Below, in pieces: positions 1 through 10,651 of a DNA stretch of 64,000 nucleotides. Made by a program: the position numbers and the translations under genes. The stretch's first letter is position 1. Every line of letters starts with the position of its first letter. This DNA comes from Candidatus Poribacteria bacterium (GTDB lineage: Bacteria; Poribacteria; WGA-4E; PCPOR2b), in the NCBI GenBank assembly GCA_965208325.1, contig OZ242326.1, positions 2,847,363 through 2,911,362 on the forward strand, given 5' to 3'. The notes under the pieces were generated by a model, which was given only the letters and a program-made list of their open reading frames with translations, had not been told where the DNA came from and did no database searches.

Positions 1-22
1 ACATGCGATATACTATTTAAAC

Positions 23-865
23 GTGGTTTCTGATGGAGACCCGATAGGATCTGTTATTATGATAAAATTAGGTACGATGTCTTTAAATCTCAGGAATATC
101 GCCGCTACTGAATTTGCACGGATTGTTTACGAACTCGGTTTCGATGTCATTGAACTACATTCAAGCGCTTTTGAATCGACAGATTTCGGATATCTTCGCG
201 AACTCAAGATGACGTTGATGAAACTAGGGCTTCCGCTGGGATATATCGGGATTAGCAACGATTTCGGGCGTCCCGTCGATAAACACCCGGAGCAGATTGC
301 GGCAATTAAAAAGTGGATTGATGTCGCAAATTTCATGAGCTGCCCGCTGGTGCGCGTATTCGGCGCGTATGTCCCTGACGAGTGCGGCGACGAAGAAGCG
401 CTTTGGGCGCCGATGATCGCCGGATTCCAAGAGGTCGCCGAATACGGATATGAAAAGGGCATCCTAGTCGGTTTACAGAACCACAATCACAACAACCTCA
501 CCCGCACCGGCGGCGATATGCTCCGCGCCCTTCGAGAGACAGATCGGCCCTATTTTACACATATCTTAGACACCGGACAATATGCCGGGTCACCCGGTGC
601 CAGCGGTCACCGAGGGCAGTCTCATCCCGGTTACGATTGCTATGATAGTATTGCGAAAACAGCACCGCACGCCGTGTATGTTCGCGCAAAGTTTTATCGT
701 ATTGACAGCGGTATTGAGGAGTGGCTGGATTATCCGCGCATTCTTGAAATCCTCCGCGAGGTGGGTTATAATGGCCCCGTCTCCGTCGTCTACGAAGGCG
801 AATCGGATCCGATTGAATCCATGCGAAAAGCCGGCGAATATTTACGGTCGCTTATCTATTCATGA
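23..865 (+). CDS. Sugar phosphate isomerase/epimerase-like protein (xylose isomerase-like TIM barrel). The real start is probably an internal Met near position 59.
   Basis: 280-aa ORF; length and composition consistent with xylose-isomerase-like TIM barrel (AP endonuclease 2 fold) proteins; no specific catalytic motif verified. Confidence 0.45.
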   Translation: MVSDGDPIGSVIMIKLGTMSLNLRNIAATEFARIVYELGFDVIELHSSAFESTDFGYLRELKMTLMKLGLPLGYIGISNDFGRPVDKHPEQIAAIKKWIDVANFMSCPLVRVFGAYVPDECGDEEALWAPMIAGFQEVAEYGYEKGILVGLQNHNHNNLTRTGGDMLRALRETDRPYFTHILDTGQYAGSPGASGHRGQSHPGYDCYDSIAKTAPHAVYVRAKFYRIDSGIEEWLDYPRILEILREVGYNGPVSVVYEGESDPIESMRKAGEYLRSLIYS

Positions 866-1190
866 TAACCGCTACAAAACCGGATTTGCGCAATTCCCAC
901 AACATATAACGGACGGGAAAAACTAGAGAAGGCCAGTTCGGCAAAGACAATCTCATCGTGGAACGATAAACGTGGGCTACCATTGACGGTACACTAGAGC
1001 CGATTGCCTGTCTTGGAGACAGTTTCTTCTACATCACTTAGAAGGGATAGCCAAAGATTACCAACCTTCTCCAGTCCCTCTAATTCTTCATAGAAACACC
1101 AAGCGAAAGAGGGAAGCCACTACATCAACCTCACCTTATTGAAAAAATACTAGAGGCACTAGTTAGACGAATTTGCCAGCTTGATGGGAC

Positions 1191-2525
1191 GTGTTAGCAA
1201 TGCCAACACCTAAAGAAGTTTTTAAAAATCCGAAAAAATTCCTAACTTACCTGCGATCTCGGAATCTGGAGGGGCAGTTTTTCGAGCGGAAAGAAGTCAG
1301 GACTGACTCTAAATCCCAGAGAGACAATATCAGAGACAAGATTATTCAGACTATTTCCGGGTTTGCTAATTCTAACCGGCACGGCGGATTGCTCGTCCTC
1401 GGAATGGCTGATGATGGAACAATCATTGGATGGAATCATGTGCAGGAAGTAAATTTAAACGGAATTCTTCAAGCAAAAGAGACAGGATTAAGAGGCCATA
1501 GCACAATAACAGAAGAATTACATTGTAAAAACACACACGGCGATGACGATAGAATATACTTGCTTTATACGCCTTGGGTATCAAATGCGATATGCGAAAC
1601 TACTGAATCGTTCCCAAAGGCTTGGAAGCGAGATGGACCCCAATGTCTCCCTTTAACTGAACAAGATCGTGAACAGCTTAAACGAGATAAAGGAATAGTT
1701 GACTTTGAGTTGTCTTACTGTTGTGCTTATGATGCAGGTGAGCTCGATATGGGCGTCGTTGAGGAGTTCAAAAAGGCTTTTCTCGAAACCAGAGATTCAC
1801 AGTACGATTACACAACCGAAGAAGTTTTATTTCAAGCAGGAGCGCTCATTAAAGAAAACGGCAAATATGCCTTCACGAATGCGGGCTATCTGTTTTTCGT
1901 CTCGAATCCGCGCAAACGTTTTGCGGGCGCATTTGTTCGGTTGTTGCGCTATGATGTATCCGCTGAAGACTTGAAGAACTACGGAGCGACTACATTGGAT
2001 AAAGACTTCGACAGCGCCCTTCCGAATATCATTCGCAATCTTCGTACCTTTTTTAATGATTCCGCAATCTTCCGCGCCTTCTCGAAACGAAATCATAGCG
2101 GTGGATTCATTGATGAACCCGAATACCCCTTCATAGCAATTGATGAGGCGCTCGTAAACGCAGTTGTTCATAGAGACTATGGAGTCTCGAACCCGATTCG
2201 CTGTACGGTGTATAGGGATAGCTTGGCGGTTAGGAGCCCGGGGAGCATTCCGCAACAGGTTCCGGACAGTTTCAGTCTCCATGAGACATCGCTTGATTCT
2301 GTACTGCGTAACCCGAAAATTGTCGAATGGATGCGCATCATGAAGGACGAGCAGGGAACAGCTTTCGTGCGGGCGTTGAGCGAAGGCACCCGCCGGATGC
2401 GTGAAGAGATGGAACAACTCGGGTTGCCGGCTCCCCATTACCAGACAAACAGTCATACTACTGTCACACTGCAGAATCAAATTGACGAACGCTTGGAGAG
2501 ATACGGCGCCGAGTGCTGTCAGTGA
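1191..2525 (+). CDS. Putative transcriptional regulator / ATP-binding protein with an AlbA_2 (Schlafen-like) N-terminal domain and a HATPase_c_4 C-terminal domain
   Basis: 444-aa ORF; the C-terminal motif IAIDEALVNAVVHRDY is characteristic of the HATPase_c_4 (RecG-C-like ATP-binding) family; sits next to an HsdS fragment. Confidence 0.55.
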   Translation: MLAMPTPKEVFKNPKKFLTYLRSRNLEGQFFERKEVRTDSKSQRDNIRDKIIQTISGFANSNRHGGLLVLGMADDGTIIGWNHVQEVNLNGILQAKETGLRGHSTITEELHCKNTHGDDDRIYLLYTPWVSNAICETTESFPKAWKRDGPQCLPLTEQDREQLKRDKGIVDFELSYCCAYDAGELDMGVVEEFKKAFLETRDSQYDYTTEEVLFQAGALIKENGKYAFTNAGYLFFVSNPRKRFAGAFVRLLRYDVSAEDLKNYGATTLDKDFDSALPNIIRNLRTFFNDSAIFRAFSKRNHSGGFIDEPEYPFIAIDEALVNAVVHRDYGVSNPIRCTVYRDSLAVRSPGSIPQQVPDSFSLHETSLDSVLRNPKIVEWMRIMKDEQGTAFVRALSEGTRRMREEMEQLGLPAPHYQTNSHTTVTLQNQIDERLERYGAECCQ

Positions 2526-2662
2526 GACCGGAGAGTACACCAACCTGTTTCCACTTGAACATTCAAATTAATCCCTGTCACGCGACGAATTTAGAGACCT
2601 TCGCGGAAACACGGTTACGGCGATCAGACACGCGCTGCTAGGACAAGGAAAATACAAAATCA

Positions 2663-2959
2663 ATGAACCCGAGGGAAACAGGTAACATGAGCGAAGCGGA
2701 TACCGGTCTGTTCAATCTTCCCGACGGGTGGGTGTGGACGACGGTTGGTAGTATTGGTTTAATCGCAAACGGAAAAACACCCAAAGGGATCAATGACTTG
2801 AATTCGGAAGGCAAAATTCCGTTCTATAAGGTTAACGACATGAATAAACAAGGAAACGAAAAATTCATGCGAACTGCCGAAATCACGCTTGACGATGATG
2901 AAGTCGAAAGATTAGGGATCCATGTCCGAACTCAAGGAACAGTGATTTTTCCTAATTGA
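2663..2959 (+). pseudogene. Type I restriction-modification specificity subunit (HsdS) N-terminal fragment, truncated by an IS remnant
   Basis: LPDGWVWTTVGSIGLIANGKTPKG matches the HsdS target-recognition-domain N-terminal signature (LPEGWEW..LGE...GGTPK); the ORF is only 98 aa and ends at the IS3 fragment. Confidence 0.5.
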
Positions 2960-2961
2960 GC

Positions 2962-3290
2962 TACCCCCATCCTTTAGACAGAAACTAACGAGATTTAAGT
3001 AATAATTTCCGACTAATTCTGGTCAATTTTCAACGCCTAAAGTTAGTGAAAATACACCTCGTAAGGTGTACGGTATTCGAGCGAGTGATGTGACCGCTCT
3101 CGGTTGTAAAAGTTGAAATAATCTCTCAAGCGGCGCCGAGCCGTGTTCATCGAGTCATAGTCATTGAGGTAAACCCCCTCATACTTAACACTGCGCCAAA
3201 GGCGTTCAACGAAGATGTTGTCAAAGTAGCGGCGGCGTTGGAACAATTTCAGGACATCTATGAAGCGTGAACGGGCGTTCGCCAATATCT
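2962..3290 (-). mobile_element. IS3-family insertion sequence right-end remnant (copy 1)
   Basis: Contains the transposase C-terminal fragment plus about 80 bp of terminal sequence; the same roughly 175-bp terminal segment recurs at 33297-33471. Confidence 0.6.
3043..3285 (-). pseudogene. IS3-family transposase (OrfB/integrase core) C-terminal fragment
   Basis: ERLWRSVKYEGVYLNDYDSMNTARRRLRDYFNFYNRERSHHSLEYRTPYEVY is typical of the IS3-family transposase C-terminus; no N-terminal part is present. Confidence 0.65.
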
Positions 3291-3519
3291 AACTGAGACA
3301 TTGAATCTTCACCCTTAGCACCGCTTCCCCTTCCCGCATCCGCACTTCAAAGTCCCCATATCCAATCTAGTCCGTCCGTTAATCGCTCCGTGTCGTGGAA
3401 AATTTATTGACATAGGCGAGAAATGCGGGTAAATTATAGAACAATAATAGGGTTCAATTCTCCCTCATATCGTCTTTAACAGCAACCTAAAATTCAATCT
3501 GAAACCGGAGGGTTATATC

Positions 3520-4368
3520 ATGGCAGATTACGCTCAACCTGAAGTCTTGGTCAGCACCGATTGGGTGGCGCAGCACCATAGCGACCCAGGCATCAGGCTG
3601 CTCGAAGTCGATGTCGACACCGACGCCTACGCCGAAGGACACATCAAGGGCGCAGTCGGACTCAACTGGCAGACCCAACTCTGCGATCAAGTTCGGCGGG
3701 ATATCTTAACCAGAGACCAATTTGAACAACTCTGCAGCGATTGCGGTATCAGCAACGGTACCACCATTATCTTTTATGGCGATAATAACAATTGGTTCGC
3801 CACCTACGCGCTCTGGCAGTTCCGATATTACGGCCACGATGAGAGCAGGCTTAAGGTGATGGACGGTGGACGCACAAAATGGATCGATGAAGGACGCGAG
3901 TTGGTCACGGACGTGCCTGCGCCGCCCGCCACAGATTACAAGGCTAAGTTCCCCGACGACAACGTGCGCGCAACGAAGGACAACATTCTCCCAACGCTGA
4001 ATCAGGGAGTTATCAATCTCGTTGATGTCCGCTCTCCGGCAGAGTTTACCGGCGAAATCCTCGCACCGCCCGGTTTATCTGAAACCGCCCAGCGCGGCGG
4101 ACACATTCCCGGTGCAGCCAATATCCCGTGGGCGACTGCAGTGGCTGAAGATGGAACCTTCAAGTCCTACGATGAACTAGAGGCAATCTATGGAGGCGAG
4201 GGCGTTGACCCTAGCAAGGAAACAATTGCCTACTGCCGCATCGGAGAACGCTCCTCGCACACCTGGTTCGCACTCAAGTATCTGCTAGGTTACGAAAAAG
4301 TACGCAACTACGATGGCAGTTGGACCGAATGGGGCAACCTGATTGGTGCGCCGATCGCCAAGGAGTAG
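3520..4368 (+). CDS. Thiosulfate sulfurtransferase (rhodanese, two rhodanese domains)
   Basis: 282 aa with two rhodanese-like halves; the active-site loop CRIGERSSH matches the CR(K/I)GxR thiosulfate sulfurtransferase type. Confidence 0.8.
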   Translation: MADYAQPEVLVSTDWVAQHHSDPGIRLLEVDVDTDAYAEGHIKGAVGLNWQTQLCDQVRRDILTRDQFEQLCSDCGISNGTTIIFYGDNNNWFATYALWQFRYYGHDESRLKVMDGGRTKWIDEGRELVTDVPAPPATDYKAKFPDDNVRATKDNILPTLNQGVINLVDVRSPAEFTGEILAPPGLSETAQRGGHIPGAANIPWATAVAEDGTFKSYDELEAIYGGEGVDPSKETIAYCRIGERSSHTWFALKYLLGYEKVRNYDGSWTEWGNLIGAPIAKE

Positions 4369-4440
4369 TGGTCACGCGGCGCCCTAATCGGCGTTCGGGG
4401 CGCCGCCAAACCTTTCGTAGGATTGATGCGGGAGTTTTAG

Positions 4441-4728
4441 ATGGCTAAGTTTGTTTCGGTCCACATAATCGCCTGCATGACCCGCCAAGATGTGGAGCGT
4501 TTGCTTGCGCGGTTTGCAACCGAGGCGAGCGGCGGCGTAAAGAATCTGCGAGTGCAGTGCGATACCTTGTCCGGCCGGATGGTCTGCGAATGGGAGGCGC
4601 CGGACCGGGACACGCTCGTGAAGTGGCTAAAAAATTGCGATGTCCGATTCCGCGGCAAAAGCGAGTGGCTAATGCGCGTGCAGCTTGAGTCCGCGGCGGG
4701 CAAGGTAGTAACGCTCACAAGCGCGTAG
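4441..4728 (+). CDS. Small conserved hypothetical protein (possibly DUF4242-like)
   Basis: 95-aa ORF between the rhodanese and pterin genes; assignment by weak resemblance only. Confidence 0.3.
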   Translation: MAKFVSVHIIACMTRQDVERLLARFATEASGGVKNLRVQCDTLSGRMVCEWEAPDRDTLVKWLKNCDVRFRGKSEWLMRVQLESAAGKVVTLTSA

Positions 4729-4757
4729 AAACCACTATCTTATGTTGTATTCCTATC

Positions 4758-5609
4758 ATGCATCATCTGACACGCCAAGTTGCCTTTGAGGCATCACACT
4801 ATTATCGCGTCCCTGAACTCAGCCAAGCCGAAAACACCGCACTCTTCGGCGCCGCCGCAAACCCCAACAGCCACGGCCACAACTATGTGCTTGAAGTAAC
4901 CGTAAAAGGAGAGGTTGAGCCCGAACATGGGATGGTTGTCAATATCGCGAATCTGGATGCGCTCCTCAAACAACGTGTCGTTGTGGACTACGATCACAAG
5001 CTGATTAACCAACAACATCCCGTCTTCGCAAACAATCCCGAACGGCAACCGACATGCGAAAATCTGGCGATACAAATATGGCATTCGATCGAACAGCATC
5101 TGAAAGACGCGGCTTTGCATCGCGTCCGCTTATATGAGGATTCCACCGCGTTCGCTGATTATCATGGAGATGGACACATGGTATTTCAAACCAAGGTCTA
5201 TGAATTTAGCGCATCACATCGGCTGCACAGCCTAGAACTTGGCGATACGGAAAACCGGCGAATCTTTGGAAAATGTAATAATCCTCACGGGCACGGTCAC
5301 AACTATGTGTTAGAGGTCATGATTAAAGGCGCCGTTGAACCAAGGACAGGGCTGGTCACAGATTTGGGATTCCTAGATAGGACTATTGAGGAGCAGATTT
5401 TCGCTCGGTTTGATTTCAAACATCTCAACCTAGACACGCCTGAATTTGAGAAAATAAACCCAACTTCTGAAAATTTTGTGAAAGTGCTTTGGGATATTCT
5501 CGAACCCCAACTAAAACCTGTCAAACTCCATCGGCTTCGATTAAGAGAAACGCCGAGGAGTTATTTTGACTATTACGGAGAGCAAAGTTTAACCGATGAA
5601 AATTCCTGA
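4758..5609 (+). CDS. 6-pyruvoyl-tetrahydropterin synthase, a tandem-duplicated (two-domain) form
   Basis: Two internal repeats, each carrying the PTPS zinc/catalytic motif ([19 protein letters not shown] and [21 protein letters not shown]). Confidence 0.8.
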   Translation: MHHLTRQVAFEASHYYRVPELSQAENTALFGAAANPNSHGHNYVLEVTVKGEVEPEHGMVVNIANLDALLKQRVVVDYDHKLINQQHPVFANNPERQPTCENLAIQIWHSIEQHLKDAALHRVRLYEDSTAFADYHGDGHMVFQTKVYEFSASHRLHSLELGDTENRRIFGKCNNPHGHGHNYVLEVMIKGAVEPRTGLVTDLGFLDRTIEEQIFARFDFKHLNLDTPEFEKINPTSENFVKVLWDILEPQLKPVKLHRLRLRETPRSYFDYYGEQSLTDENS

Positions 5610-6198
5610 AGCAGAGTCCTCTGAGGTCACTAAAATCACTCCAAACCCAAATCTTGAGCAAATCTACGCTCAATTGCTAAGTCACATTGGTGAAGATCTT
5701 GCGAGGCAAGGGCTGCAAAAAACCCCCCAGCGTGCATCGGAAGCGTTTCAGTTTTTAACACGAGGGTATAACCAAACCATTGACGAAGTGCTGAACGATG
5801 CAATCTTTGACGAAGAATATGACGAGATGGTCATCGTCAAGGCAATTGAATTTTATAGCGTCTGCGAACATCACTTACTCCCGTTTCTCGGTAGATGTCA
5901 CGTTGGATATATCCCTAAAAAAAAGATTATTGGCCTCAGCAAAATCCCCCGCATCGTAGATATGTTCTCACGCAGGCTTCAAGTTCAAGAACGTTTGACG
6001 CGGCAGGTTGCGTTGGCGTTAGAAGAAGCGCTGCATCCGCTCGGTGTTGCTGTTGTCATAGAAGCTCAACATATGTGCGTAATGTGTCGTGGTGTACAAA
6101 AGCAACACCCGATAATGATGACCAACGTGATGCTTGGCGCCTTCCGAGACGAAGATTCAACTCGTGCCGAGTTCATGAGATGTATTCAGACTGCATAA
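5596..6198 (+). CDS. folE: GTP cyclohydrolase I
   Basis: The [20 protein letters not shown] signature of GTP cyclohydrolase I; 200 aa; overlaps the upstream PTPS gene by 14 nt, suggesting an operon. Confidence 0.85.
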   Translation: MKIPEAESSEVTKITPNPNLEQIYAQLLSHIGEDLARQGLQKTPQRASEAFQFLTRGYNQTIDEVLNDAIFDEEYDEMVIVKAIEFYSVCEHHLLPFLGRCHVGYIPKKKIIGLSKIPRIVDMFSRRLQVQERLTRQVALALEEALHPLGVAVVIEAQHMCVMCRGVQKQHPIMMTNVMLGAFRDEDSTRAEFMRCIQTA

Positions 6199-6225
6199 TG
6201 GCTAATCTTTAACAGTTCAGATTAA

Positions 6226-6960
6226 GTGTCGAATGAAGTAAATGCAATGTTACAGAATAAAGTTGCGGTAATTACCGGCGCCTCGCGCGGTGTCGGCGAA
6301 GCCACGGCCCTCGCTTTTGCGCGCGCCGGCGCCAAGGTTGTTCTTGCCGCACGCACAAAACAAGACTTGGATACTGTCGCAAACCGAATCCATACAGAAG
6401 GTGGAATTGCGCATGTTATACCAACTGACGTAATGCGTTCCGAAGACGTGGCGCACCTTTTTCAGCGTACGTTGGAGACCCACCATCAGATTGACATCCT
6501 TGTAAACAATGCGGGAATCGGCAGCTTTGGCTTCGTGGCTGACTTTGAAGAGGCGGAATGGAGCGCGGTGATCGACTCAAACCTCAAGAGCGTGTTTCTC
6601 TGCTCAAAATTTGCGCTTCCATCAATGCTCGAACGTCAGTCTGGGCAGATTATCAACGTGCTTTCAATTGCCGCAAAAGTGCCGTTTAAGGCATCAAGCG
6701 CCTATTGTGCGGCAAAGGCAGGGGCGCTCGCGTTCACAAAAGTCTTATCAGAAGAAGTCCGGAATCAGAATATCCGAGTCACAGCGGTCGCCCCGGGGGC
6801 AATTCATACGACACTCTGGGACACAATCGAAGAACACCCTGATTTTAATCTGATGTTAAAACCAGAGCATGTCGCCGAGACAATCCTCTTTGTGGCTGCT
6901 CAACCGCTCGACATGGTACTTGATGAAATCGTCGTCACCCCGCCTCGCGGAATCTTATGA
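6226..6960 (+). CDS. Short-chain dehydrogenase/reductase (SDR), a candidate sepiapterin/pteridine reductase
   Basis: The VAVITGASRGVGEA Rossmann motif and a YCAAK catalytic Tyr-x3-Lys; lies immediately downstream of folE and PTPS. Confidence 0.7.
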   Translation: MSNEVNAMLQNKVAVITGASRGVGEATALAFARAGAKVVLAARTKQDLDTVANRIHTEGGIAHVIPTDVMRSEDVAHLFQRTLETHHQIDILVNNAGIGSFGFVADFEEAEWSAVIDSNLKSVFLCSKFALPSMLERQSGQIINVLSIAAKVPFKASSAYCAAKAGALAFTKVLSEEVRNQNIRVTAVAPGAIHTTLWDTIEEHPDFNLMLKPEHVAETILFVAAQPLDMVLDEIVVTPPRGIL

Positions 6961-7036
6961 CGAGACGAAATCAAGAAAAGGAGTTGGGAAAATGCATAAA
7001 ATTGGGCGGCCGGATGCGTTAGCAAACCTACACGTT

Positions 7037-8416
7037 TCACACCTCGCGTGTTTTAAAACTGCCAACCTTATTACGGAGGCGAACTCGCCGGATACTGCGT
7101 GCATCAGCATCAGAAATCACAATTATCAAGTTATCAGTCTCAATCTCGTCACCCGGTCTGGAAATTGTACCGGTCTGCTCTAGGATATAGCCCGCAACTG
7201 TTTCATAATCCCCCAATGGAATCGGAACACCGAACTGATCCTGTAAGACGCTCACTTCCGCCCTCCCTTCACATTCAAGGATGCGCGGACTGACCAGACG
7301 GACATACGAGTCCTCATCTTGTTCATTTGAGAATTCCCCGACAATTTCTTCAACCAAATCCTCGACCGTTATCAATCCGACAACGCCGCCGTACTCATTT
7401 ACTACAAACACCATCGTATGCCGGCTGTGTTGAATCTCCTTCAGCAGTACGCTGGTTTTTTTCGATTCCGGCACTACGTGTAAATCTGTGCGGACAAAAC
7501 GCTCTATAGTTGGTGCATCATGGTTAGCATAGATGACGTCAAGTAGGTGAATTATTCCAACAATGTTATATATTTGCCCTTCGTAAACCGGGATGCGGGA
7601 AAAACCGGATTCCGATGCAGTCCGCAGGAAGCTCTCAACATCAGTGTTTTTTTCGACCGCAACAATATCAACGAGCGGAACCATTACCTGATCCACCGTC
7701 TGCGTCTGCAAGTCGAGAACGCTGTGAATCATCCGGCGCTGATCCCTGAGAAGCTCCCCGGATTGTTCGCCCATCGTCGCCAATAAACGTAATTCATCAC
7801 GCCGCGCATCTGGCGAACTAGATTCACTGTTTTTGCCAATAATCTTCACAAGATAATCTGTGAAGTATGTTACTATATTTACGATAAAGCCAAGTAGGAA
7901 CTCAGAGATTCTCAACGGATAGGCATAGCGCAAAGCAAGCGCATCTGCCTTGGCACGGAAGATAGTCTTGGGTAGAAGTTCACCAAAGATTAGCAAGAGC
8001 ACTGTTATGACGACTGTTGCAACCCGTTCTTGCGTTTTTTCAGCCGCAGCCAGCAGCAAAATCACGAGCAATAACATAAGTTGCGCCGCAACAACGTTCG
8101 CCAAATTGGTACCAACTAGCGTCAACCCAAGCATCTTTTCAGGGTTTTTGAGGAGATTACTGACAATTTTCGCACGTTTATTTTCTTCTTCGGCGAACCG
8201 GTTTATCTTTATCTTGTCAACTGAGACTAACGCCGTCTCGGATCCAGAGTAGAAAGCAGACAATATTAAGAAAACTATCAGACCAAACGTGAGTATTGCA
8301 ATCGGAAATAGATCTGCCGATGTGAGCGGCTTGAAGAATCCCTGTGGAGGCGTCGCAGCTATTAGAAAACAGCAAAAAATCAATAATATAAGGGGTTTAA
8401 GACGGGATATTTTCAT
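7037..8416 (-). CDS. CNNM/CorC/HlyC-family membrane protein (DUF21 transmembrane domain, CBS pair and CorC_HlyC domain)
   Basis: N-terminal TM helices, central CBS-like region and a C-terminal CorC_HlyC-type segment; paralog of the adjacent gene. Confidence 0.75.
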   Translation of the reverse strand: MKISRLKPLILLIFCCFLIAATPPQGFFKPLTSADLFPIAILTFGLIVFLILSAFYSGSETALVSVDKIKINRFAEEENKRAKIVSNLLKNPEKMLGLTLVGTNLANVVAAQLMLLLVILLLAAAEKTQERVATVVITVLLLIFGELLPKTIFRAKADALALRYAYPLRISEFLLGFIVNIVTYFTDYLVKIIGKNSESSSPDARRDELRLLATMGEQSGELLRDQRRMIHSVLDLQTQTVDQVMVPLVDIVAVEKNTDVESFLRTASESGFSRIPVYEGQIYNIVGIIHLLDVIYANHDAPTIERFVRTDLHVVPESKKTSVLLKEIQHSRHTMVFVVNEYGGVVGLITVEDLVEEIVGEFSNEQDEDSYVRLVSPRILECEGRAEVSVLQDQFGVPIPLGDYETVAGYILEQTGTISRPGDEIETDNLIIVISDADARSIRRVRLRNKVGSFKTREV

Positions 8417-8421
8417 TATAA

Positions 8422-9795
8422 TTATCCTGATGCGGCACTGCCTGTGCTTTCAGGAAGATTCATGATCACGGCGCCAATGAGATTTCCTTCCATTACAGCA
8501 ACCTCAAATCGGTTCCCGTGCTCGTCAATCTGAGATTCGCCGACCAACGGGATACGCCCAAAAAGTCCTAAGACATAACCGCCAATCGTATCTGCAATTC
8601 CCTCGTCGATTTTCAGGTTGAACTGTTGATTAATCTGTCTTACACTGACACGTCCAAAAACCTCTATCACATCAGAATTTTCGGGGTGCATGATTATTTC
8701 AGGATGAGCCAAAGATGTATCATGTTCGTCAATGATGTCGCCGACGACCTCTTCGATTATATCTTCAATTGTGGCGAGACCGGAAATACCGCCATGTTCA
8801 TCTATTAGAATAGCCATTTTGTTTTTTTCACGGGTGAATTCAGATAGCAGATCTGCAATTTTTTTAGTTTCCAGTACAAAGAAAGCCGGATGTACTAGAT
8901 TCGGTTCAGACTGTGTGCGCCTGAACGTGTGTCGATTAATCAGAAAATCCTCAATTGTTACGCTTCCAATATCTGCGGTCCGCCATGAAGGAAGATCTTT
9001 GACATGGAAAACGCCGCAAATATTGTCTATCTGGTTTCGGTAGAGGGGTATACGGGAGAATCCAACTTCCCTTGCTTTATCTAATACTTCCTGGATAGTA
9101 GCCGAAGAATCCATCGCGACCATTTCGGTACGTGGAACCATGATTTCTTTCGCTTCAATCTCCCGGAGTTCAAGGATGTTGCTTAGAATCTCACGCTCAT
9201 CGGCTTGCAGTGTGTCCTCCTCATGAGTATTGACAATCACCTTGAAATCTTCAGCCGTGATACGCTCTTCTCTGGGGATATGGCTTCCGCCAAACAGCGG
9301 AATCAAAAGATTTGTGATGCCTCTTAGAACGGTGCGAAAAGGGTAAATTAGCACGGAAAAGATCCAAAGTGGACGTGCTGTGATTCTAGAAAACCCTTCC
9401 GCGTATTTAATCGCGTACGTTTTTGGCGTAATCTCTCCAAAAATCAGAAGCAGCAATGTAATTAGGATGGTTGCAGTAACAATGGCAGGGCCCGATGCAC
9501 CTTGAGTCGGCTCGGTTGTGTCTTGACTGAACACACTGTAAATCAGGGAGGCAGAGATTACCGCAAAAGCGGCGTTAATAAAGGTGTTGCCAAGTAGGAT
9601 GGTGATAAACAATCGGCGGGGATTATCAACAAAATTGACAATCGCAGCGGCGCTTTTTCTCTTGTCATTGCGGAGACGTTCAATCTGCAACTTGTTCAGA
9701 GCGCACAGTGCCGTCTCTGAACCGGAGAAAAAACCAGATAAAAATAGGAGCAGCCCCAATCCAATCAATCGGGGCAAAAACTGGTCAACTTCCAT
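8422..9795 (-). CDS. CNNM/CorC/HlyC-family membrane protein (a second tandem paralog)
   Basis: Same architecture as 7037-8416 (GSETAL motif of DUF21, CBS pair and the C-terminal transporter-associated domain). Confidence 0.75.
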   Translation of the reverse strand: MEVDQFLPRLIGLGLLLFLSGFFSGSETALCALNKLQIERLRNDKRKSAAAIVNFVDNPRRLFITILLGNTFINAAFAVISASLIYSVFSQDTTEPTQGASGPAIVTATILITLLLLIFGEITPKTYAIKYAEGFSRITARPLWIFSVLIYPFRTVLRGITNLLIPLFGGSHIPREERITAEDFKVIVNTHEEDTLQADEREILSNILELREIEAKEIMVPRTEMVAMDSSATIQEVLDKAREVGFSRIPLYRNQIDNICGVFHVKDLPSWRTADIGSVTIEDFLINRHTFRRTQSEPNLVHPAFFVLETKKIADLLSEFTREKNKMAILIDEHGGISGLATIEDIIEEVVGDIIDEHDTSLAHPEIIMHPENSDVIEVFGRVSVRQINQQFNLKIDEGIADTIGGYVLGLFGRIPLVGESQIDEHGNRFEVAVMEGNLIGAVIMNLPESTGSAASG

Positions 9796-9982
9796 TGTGT
9801 TTGGTAATTACCTCGGCGAGGCTGATATTCAATCGGAGCCTCATCGGTCGTTGGTACGGAACAGCAGTCAACTGATTAAAATCGCTTCTATTCCCCAAAA
9901 ACCTGAACCTCCAACATTGTAGCACATAAAATCTAGAAAATCAAGGAAACTCATGAACTCTATCCGACAAATGGAGTGATAG

Positions 9983-10651
9983 ATGGAAAAACGAGAACAT
10001 ATGCAACGCATAGAAGCGTGTGGGGTAATAGCCATAATCCGCACAAATAACGCAGCTGAGCTAATCAAGGTTACAGACGCAATTAAAACCGGTGGAGTAG
10101 ATATCATTGAGATTACCATGACTACACCGAACGCCATAAGCATAATCAGTGGCGTGGCAGCGAATTACGGCGGCGAAATACTGGTGGGAGTTGGTTCGGT
10201 GCTCGATGCGGAGACCGCCCGCGCGGCAATGCTTGCAGGCGCAGAATTCGTTGTCAGCCCCGTAACCAAACCGGATATCATCGAAATGTGCAACCGGTAC
10301 GGTACGGTTGTTATGTCCGGCGCATTCACACCAACTGAAATTTTAAAGGCATGGGAATCCGGTGCAGACTATGTCAAAGTTTTCCCGTCAAGCGGTGTCG
10401 GACCCGGCTACATCAAAGACATCAAAGCGCCAATGCCGCATATTCCCCTTGTTCCAACAGGTGGCGTCAACCTCGATAATGCGGGAGATTTCATCAACGC
10501 TGGCGCCGCAGCATTAGGAGTTGGAAGTGCGCTTGTGAATAATACTGTTGTCGCCAAAGGCCAATACAATCTCTTGATATCAAAAGCTCGGCGTTTAATT
10601 GAAGCCGTGCAAATCGCGAAAAGCCAATCAACCAATAGGCCGGGTTCATGA
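9983..10651 (+). CDS. eda: 2-dehydro-3-deoxyphosphogluconate / 4-hydroxy-2-oxoglutarate aldolase
   Basis: VIAIIR...ITMTTP...VGVGSV...VVSP...PTGGVN blocks typical of the KDPG aldolase family; 222 aa. Confidence 0.8.
   Translation: MEKREHMQRIEACGVIAIIRTNNAAELIKVTDAIKTGGVDIIEITMTTPNAISIISGVAANYGGEILVGVGSVLDAETARAAMLAGAEFVVSPVTKPDIIEMCNRYGTVVMSGAFTPTEILKAWESGADYVKVFPSSGVGPGYIKDIKAPMPHIPLVPTGGVNLDNAGDFINAGAAALGVGSALVNNTVVAKGQYNLLISKARRLIEAVQIAKSQSTNRPGS

Noticed and set aside
3451-3470. GGGTTCAATTCTCCC, resembling a tRNA T-arm
   Set aside because: The flanking sequence cannot form acceptor or anticodon stems. It is not a tRNA.
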